NCBI GenBank assembly: GCA_002269645.1
Contig: NIVC01002864.1
Coordinates: forward strand, 62,001 to 126,000
From: Macrostomum lignano
Taxonomy: Eukaryota
Length of the DNA stretch: 64,000 nucleotides
Direction: 5' to 3'
A program made the position numbers and the translations under genes. Under the pieces are notes generated by a model, which saw only the letters and a list, made by a program, of their open reading frames with translations, was not told the origin of the DNA and searched no databases. Numbering within the stretch: position 1 is the first letter of the stretch; the number at the start of each line of letters is the position of its first letter. Shown here piece by piece: positions 56,220-64,000 of this stretch.

Positions 56220-56915
56220 ATGGCTCAAGTTGGTCATCGATGGCTCCAAATAGTCATGGCTCCAATTGGTCATCGATGGCTTCAAATGGTAATGGCTTCA
56301 ATTGGTCATAGATGGCTAAAATTGGTCATCGATGGCTCCAAATAGTCATGGCTCCAATTGGTCATCGATGGCTTCAAATGGTAATGGCTTCAATTGGTCA
56401 TAGATGGCTAAAATTGGTCATCGATGGAGCCTAATGGTCATCGATGGAGCCTAATGGGCATCGATGGAGCCTAATGGTCATCGATAGAGCCTAATGGTCA
56501 TCGATGGAGCCTAATGAGCATCGATGGAGCCTATGGCGTCGATAGGCCCTAACAGGCATTGATGTAGCCTAATAGGCATCTATGTAGCCTAATAGTCATC
56601 GATGGAGCATAATGAGTATCAATGGAGACCAATGGGCATCGATGTAGCCTGATAGGCATCTATGTAGCCTAATGGGCATCGAGGGACCCTAATGGGCATC
56701 GATGTAGCCTGATTGGCATCAATGGAGCCTAATAGCCATCGATGGAGCATATTGGGCATCAATGGAGCCTAATGGGCATCAATGGAGCCTAATGGTTCAT
56801 AGATGGAGCCTAATGGGCATCAGTGGAGCATAATGGGCATCAGTGGAGCATAATGGTTCATTGATGGAGCCTAATAGTCATCGATGTAGCCTAATGGGCA
56901 TCGATTGAGCCTAAG
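56220..56915. repeat. 20-bp minisatellite (AATGGGCATCGATGGAGCCT) in intron 1 of the PAN-GRD gene
   Basis: Tandem units with a CATCGATG palindrome. Confidence 0.88.
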
Positions 56916-57414
56916 GGGGTCGATGTATTCTAGTGGGCACCGATGCCAGAATGGAACTATCTGACAATCGGACACTGATTCTGTTTCCAGCCACCAGCGC
57001 CGACTCAAACGTGAACCAGGCCGAGCTTACCCTAACCGACTCGGTGCTCATCGACAATGGGACAAGCAGTTTCGAGCTGAATGTGAAGGGAGTCCGCTCC
57101 GAAATTGAGTGCACCACCGCCTGCATACAGAGGGGCTGCTCAGTTGCCAGCCTGGCTAACGGTTCCGGCCTCTGCCAAATGATTTTTCTGGTCGATGACT
57201 CGACCAAAACGCTGCCGAATTCGAACCCAAGCCACGTGCGGCGACACTTTGAGGCCTGACCGTCCGATCGGCTGTGGAAAGTGGCCGACTTGGAGCTGCG
57301 GATAGCCGCCTCGCTGCCGCCGTTTGAGAAGACTTTTTCTGGTGAGTAGCCTGGAAGACTTTCCATGAGGTTTGCCCGATCCTACTCTCCGAAATCTATC
57401 ATTGGCCTAATTCC

Positions 57415-58460
57415 GTCTATGACCAATTCCGACTATGACCCAATTCCTTTTATGACCCAATTTATCTATGATCCAATATTCTGTCTATGACCCAACTCCA
57501 TCCATGACCCAATTACGTCTATGACCCTATTTTATCTAACCGTTTCTATCTATGACCTGATTCTATCTATGACCCGATTATATATATGACATGATTCTTT
57601 CTATGACCTGATTATATCTTTCGATTCTATCGATGACCCGATTCCATCTTTTGATTCTATCGATGACCCGATTCTATCTATGACCCGATTCTATCTTTGA
57701 CCCGATTCTATCTATGACCCGAGTATATCTTTGACCCGATTCTATCTGTGACCTGATTATATCTATGACCCGATTCTATCTACTTGTATGACTCGATTCT
57801 ATATATGACCCAATTCTATTTATGACTCGATTCTATCAATGACCCGATTCTATCAATGACCCGATTCTATCAATGACCCGATTCTCTCAATGACCCGATT
57901 CTATCAATGACCCGATTCTATCAATGACCCGATTCTATCAATGACCCGATTCAATGTATGACCCGATTCTATCAATAACCCGAATCAATATATGACCCGA
58001 TTCTATATATGACCCGATTCTATCTATGACTCGATTCTATATATGACCCGATTATATCTATGACCCGATTATATCTATGACCCGATTCTATATATGACCC
58101 GATTATATCTATGACCCGATTCCATATATGACCCAATTTCGTATGTGACCCAATTCCGTCAATGATCCAATTCCTTCTATGACCCAATTCCGTATATGAC
58201 CCAATTCCTTATATGACCCAATTTCTTATATGACCCAATTCTGTATATGACCCTATTCCTTATATGACTCTATTCCTTATATGACCCAATTCCTTATATT
58301 GACCCAATTCCTTATATGACCCGATTCCGTATATGACCCAATTCCTTATATGACCCATTTCCGTATATGACCCAATTCCGTCTATGACCCAATTCCGAAT
58401 ATGACCCAATTCCGTCTATGACCCTACCCTATGACCCAACTCTATGACCCAACTCTATAG
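57415..58460. repeat. ~19-20-bp minisatellite (ATGACCCGATTCTATCT) in intron 2 of the PAN-GRD gene
   Basis: Tandem units with a variant gradient. Confidence 0.88.
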
Positions 58461-58849
58461 CTAAGACCTACTCTAAAATGTATTTAAACAAAAAATATTT
58501 CTCAGCTTAATCTACGACGTCCGTTCGCACTGGTTCGGTTCAAACGGTACAGTTGCCGTTCACCGCCTGCTACCGGATCGAGGCGCTGGGTGCCGATGGC
58601 GGCAAGGTGTTCACTCGAAGTGAAGGCAACGGCGCCAAAATGAGTGGCAATTTCAGGCTGACAGCCGGCACGAGTCTGTCTGTTGTTGTCGGGAAGAGGG
58701 GCGGCAACCTACCACTACCAACTTCATTGCATGGCAGCGCAGGTGGCGGCGGAGGCAGCTTCGTCTACACGGAGGCCGACAACACCCTGCTGCTGGCTGC
58801 CGGAGGTGGCGGCGGAGCCGGCAAAGACGGTGATGGTAACTCTTATTAA

Positions 58850-59660
58850 ACCTGAGGGACTGGGAATTGGTGAGGCTTGATCTGCTGGTTCGGGGACTGA
58901 GGGTATCGGCGCCAAATCTGAAGGACTGAGAGTATCGGCGCCAAATCTGAAGGACTGAGGGTATCGGCGCCAAATCTGAGGGACTGAGGGCGCCAAATCT
59001 GAAGAACTGAGGGCATCGACGCCACATCTGAGGGCATCGGTGCCAAATCTGAAGAACTGAGGGCATCGACGCCACATCTGAGGGCATCGGTGCCTAATCT
59101 GAAGGACTGAGGGTATCGGCGCCAAATCTGAGGGACTGAGGGCGCCAAATCTGAAGAACTGAGGGCATCGACGCCACATCTGAGGGCATCAGTGCCAAAT
59201 CTGAAGAACTGAGGGCATCGGCGCCACATCTGAGGGCATCGGTGCCAAATCTGAAGAACTGAGGGCATCGGCGCCACATCTGAGGGCATCGGTGACAAAT
59301 CTGAAGAACTGAGGGCATCGGCGCCACATCTGAGGGCATCGGTGACAAATCTGAAGAACTGAGGGTATCGACGCCACATCTGAGGGCATCGGTGCCAAAT
59401 CTGAAGAACTGAGGGTATCCACGCCAAAATTTGAAGGACTGAGGGCATCGGCGCCAAATCTGAAGGGACTGAGGGCATCGGCGCCAAATCTGAAGGACTG
59501 AGGGCATCGGCGCCAAATCTGAAGGACTGAGGGCATCGGCGCCAAATCTGAAGGACTGAGGGCATCGGCGCCAAATCTGAAGGACTGAGGGCATCGGTGC
59601 CAAATCTGAAGGACTGAGGGCATCGGCGCCAAATCTGAAGAACTGAGGGCATCGGCGCCC
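58850..59660. repeat. 30-bp / composite minisatellite (GGCGCCAAATCTGAAGGACTGAGGGCATC) in intron 3 of the PAN-GRD gene
   Basis: Starts ~15 nt after the donor. Confidence 0.9.
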
Positions 59661-60194
59661 TATTCATTAATGCCCACATTAATCTCAAGCCTGTCTCCCA
59701 ACTGCAGGCGTAGACGGCCAGGCGGGCACCAGCGGAACAAACTCCCAGCCAGAATCGATGTACAGAGGCTTCGGTGGCTCGAACGGCCAGCCGGGATTCA
59801 CGAAAACGAACGCAGGGCCCTCCGAAAAGCAGCACGGCGGCTCCGGAGCTGGCTGGCTGGGCAGGCCCAACATGACGCGGCGCAGCACCAATGACGGAGC
59901 TCGTGGCAGCGGCCTCGCGAACAACTGGGTCGGCGGCGAGGCCGGGTCCGGCCACGACTACAAAGGCGGCTTCGGTGGAGGCGGCGGCGGCTCCTACTGC
60001 GGCGGCAGCGACTGCGATGGCATAAACGGAGGCAACACCAAAACAGGCGTCAATGACGGGTCGGTGAAGATTTCGCTGCTGCATGTTTTGTGCTAGCGGA
60101 GCGAATTTTGACTGGAGACAAATTTATAAAAGAAGTTTTAAAACTAAAATTTCTGTCTACATTGAGAACCCAGCGCATGACTGCGCGCCAGAGG

Positions 60195-60845
60195 AGGGGA
60201 GAGAGGAGAGAGAATAGATAAGAGAAATAGGAGAAAGGAGAGGCGAGGGAATAAAGGAATGGAGATGACGAGAGATCAAATAGGAAAGGAGAGAGGGGAG
60301 GAAGAGAAGAGAAGGATAGGAGAGAGGATGGAAGGGAGAGGAGAAGGGAGAGGAGAGGAGAGGAGAGGAGAGGAGAGTAGAGGAGAGTAGAGGAGAATAG
60401 AGGAGAGTAGAGGAGAATAGAGGAGAGTAGAGGAGAGTAGAGGAGAGTAGAGGAGAGTAGAGGAGAGTAGAGGAGAGTAGAGGAGAGTAGAGGAGAGTAG
60501 AGGAGAGTAGAGGAGAGTAGAGGAGAGTAGAGGAGAGTAGAGGAGAGTAGAGGAGAGTAGAGGAGAGTAGAGGAGAGTAGAGGAGAGTAGAGGAGAGTAG
60601 AGGAGAGTAGAGGAGAGTAGAGGAGAGTAGAGGAGAGTAGAGGAGAGTAGAGGAGAGTAGAGGAGATTAGAGGAGAGTAGAGGAGAGTAGAGGAGAGTAG
60701 AGGAGAGTAGAGGAGAGTAGAGGAGAGTAGAGGAGAGTAGAGGAGAGGAGAGGAGAGGAGAGGAGAGGAGAGGAGAGGAGAGGAAAAGGGAGAGGAGAGG
60801 AGAGGAGAGGAGAAGAGAAAGGTGAGAGAAGAGAGCTAAGAAGAG
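60195..60845. repeat. 10-bp purine repeat (AGGAGAGTAG)n
   Basis: Direct reading. Confidence 0.92.
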
Positions 60846-60894
60846 ACACAAACTTTGAGCGAGACGGATTACTATTTTAAAGTTTCAAAGGACC

Positions 60895-60959
60895 GAGGCC
60901 GGACGGATAGAGGCTTTGCAGGCCGCATGTAGCCGCGGGTTGGAGTTGGCCGACCCCTG
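60895..60959 (+). mobile_element. 3' terminus of a hAT (Charlie-like) DNA transposon
   Basis: GCAGGCCGCATGTAGCCGCGGGTTGGAGTTGGCCGACCCCTG resembles the typical Charlie-type end GCGGGCCGCATGCGGCCCGCGGGCCGTAGTTTGCCGACCCCTG; no partner TIR seen. Confidence 0.55.
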
Positions 60960-61241
60960 CATTATAGCCAGCATAACCGTAGAGCAACAGTCTCCATGAC
61001 AGTCTTGATAAAATGCGATTATTTTTGTCAGCTCTAATAAAATTCCTGCGATTTTGTAGCAGCTAGATTCAATAGCTGACAGTCGTTCAAGTGGGAAGAG
61101 GGTGAACGCATCTCGCTTTATCTGAAGCCCCTTATCCTTTTATCCGACTAATTCTTTTTCAATAAAGATGAAATAATATACAGATTTCTAGCAGTTACTC
61201 AGCTTTAAAACCATTCTGCGTGTTCAACCCTAATAATGCAT

Positions 61242-63800
<2,559 letters not shown>

Positions 63801-64000
63801 GTTGTATTAGCATTGTTGAATGCTCTAAAAATCGTTATTTTATAAATTAGGAACATAAAAAACTGCCAGGTTTTTAAAGTACACTTTCATGCGTTTTTTA
63901 TCATGCTATGAACTGTGACTCCAGTCTCATGGATGCTGTTGAAGCTGCTTACACTCAGAATAAGCCAAGCGTAAATGGAAATTAATTAATCAGGCACTCA

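Larger units (their letters stand above)
56032..60096 (+). pseudogene. Secreted PAN/Apple + ALK/LTK-type glycine-rich domain gene with two in-frame stops (TGA 57257-57259, TAA 58508-58510); exons 56032-56086, 56934-57341, 58506-58835, 59708-60096
   Basis: Signal peptide MMETARMLLLLLICCCSLVG; PAN-like VRSEIECTTACIQRGCSV..GLCQM; glycine-rich domain VQTVQLPFTACYRIEALGADGG..LSVVVGKRG..AGGGGGSFV..LLLAAGGGGG..GGFGGGGG..DGSVKI. Three phase-1 GT-AG introns join the exons in one frame. It could instead be a short 126-aa gene or a recoded gene. Confidence 0.65.

Overview
Eukaryotic (animal) genomic DNA: GC-rich exons are separated by introns and spacers packed with unrelated mini- and microsatellites. 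That style suggests a macrostomid flatworm such as Macrostomum, which is an inference. I reconstructed these spliced genes by hand: mitochondrial GatA/QRSL1 (3 exons); a single-domain globin with the ancestral B12.2/G7.0 introns; a MATH-like/BTB protein; an aquaglyceroporin; ANKRD39; a truncated SEM1/DSS1-like ORF; a roughly 19-20 exon GABA-B receptor subunit-2-like GPCR spanning about 17 kb; and a secreted PAN + ALK/LTK-type glycine-rich protein gene whose otherwise clean 4-exon frame carries two in-frame stops. Two orphan ORFs are also present. Mobile DNA includes three copies of a tRNA-derived CORE-SINE, a 385-bp MITE with perfect 35-bp TIRs and an 8-bp TSD, a four-copy TIR family carrying an internal expandable 21-bp minisatellite, a decayed LOA/R1-type LINE and a hAT end. 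Most long ORFs in the supplied track are translations of tandem repeats. The most notable leads are the double-stop PAN-GRD gene, the aromatic-free ar/R filter of the aquaglyceroporin, transposon-borne minisatellites, intronic arrays built from splice-signal-like units, and the helix-less SEM1 paralogue. No prokaryotic features or CRISPR arrays were found. All alignments and counts were done by eye, and repeat boundaries are approximate.
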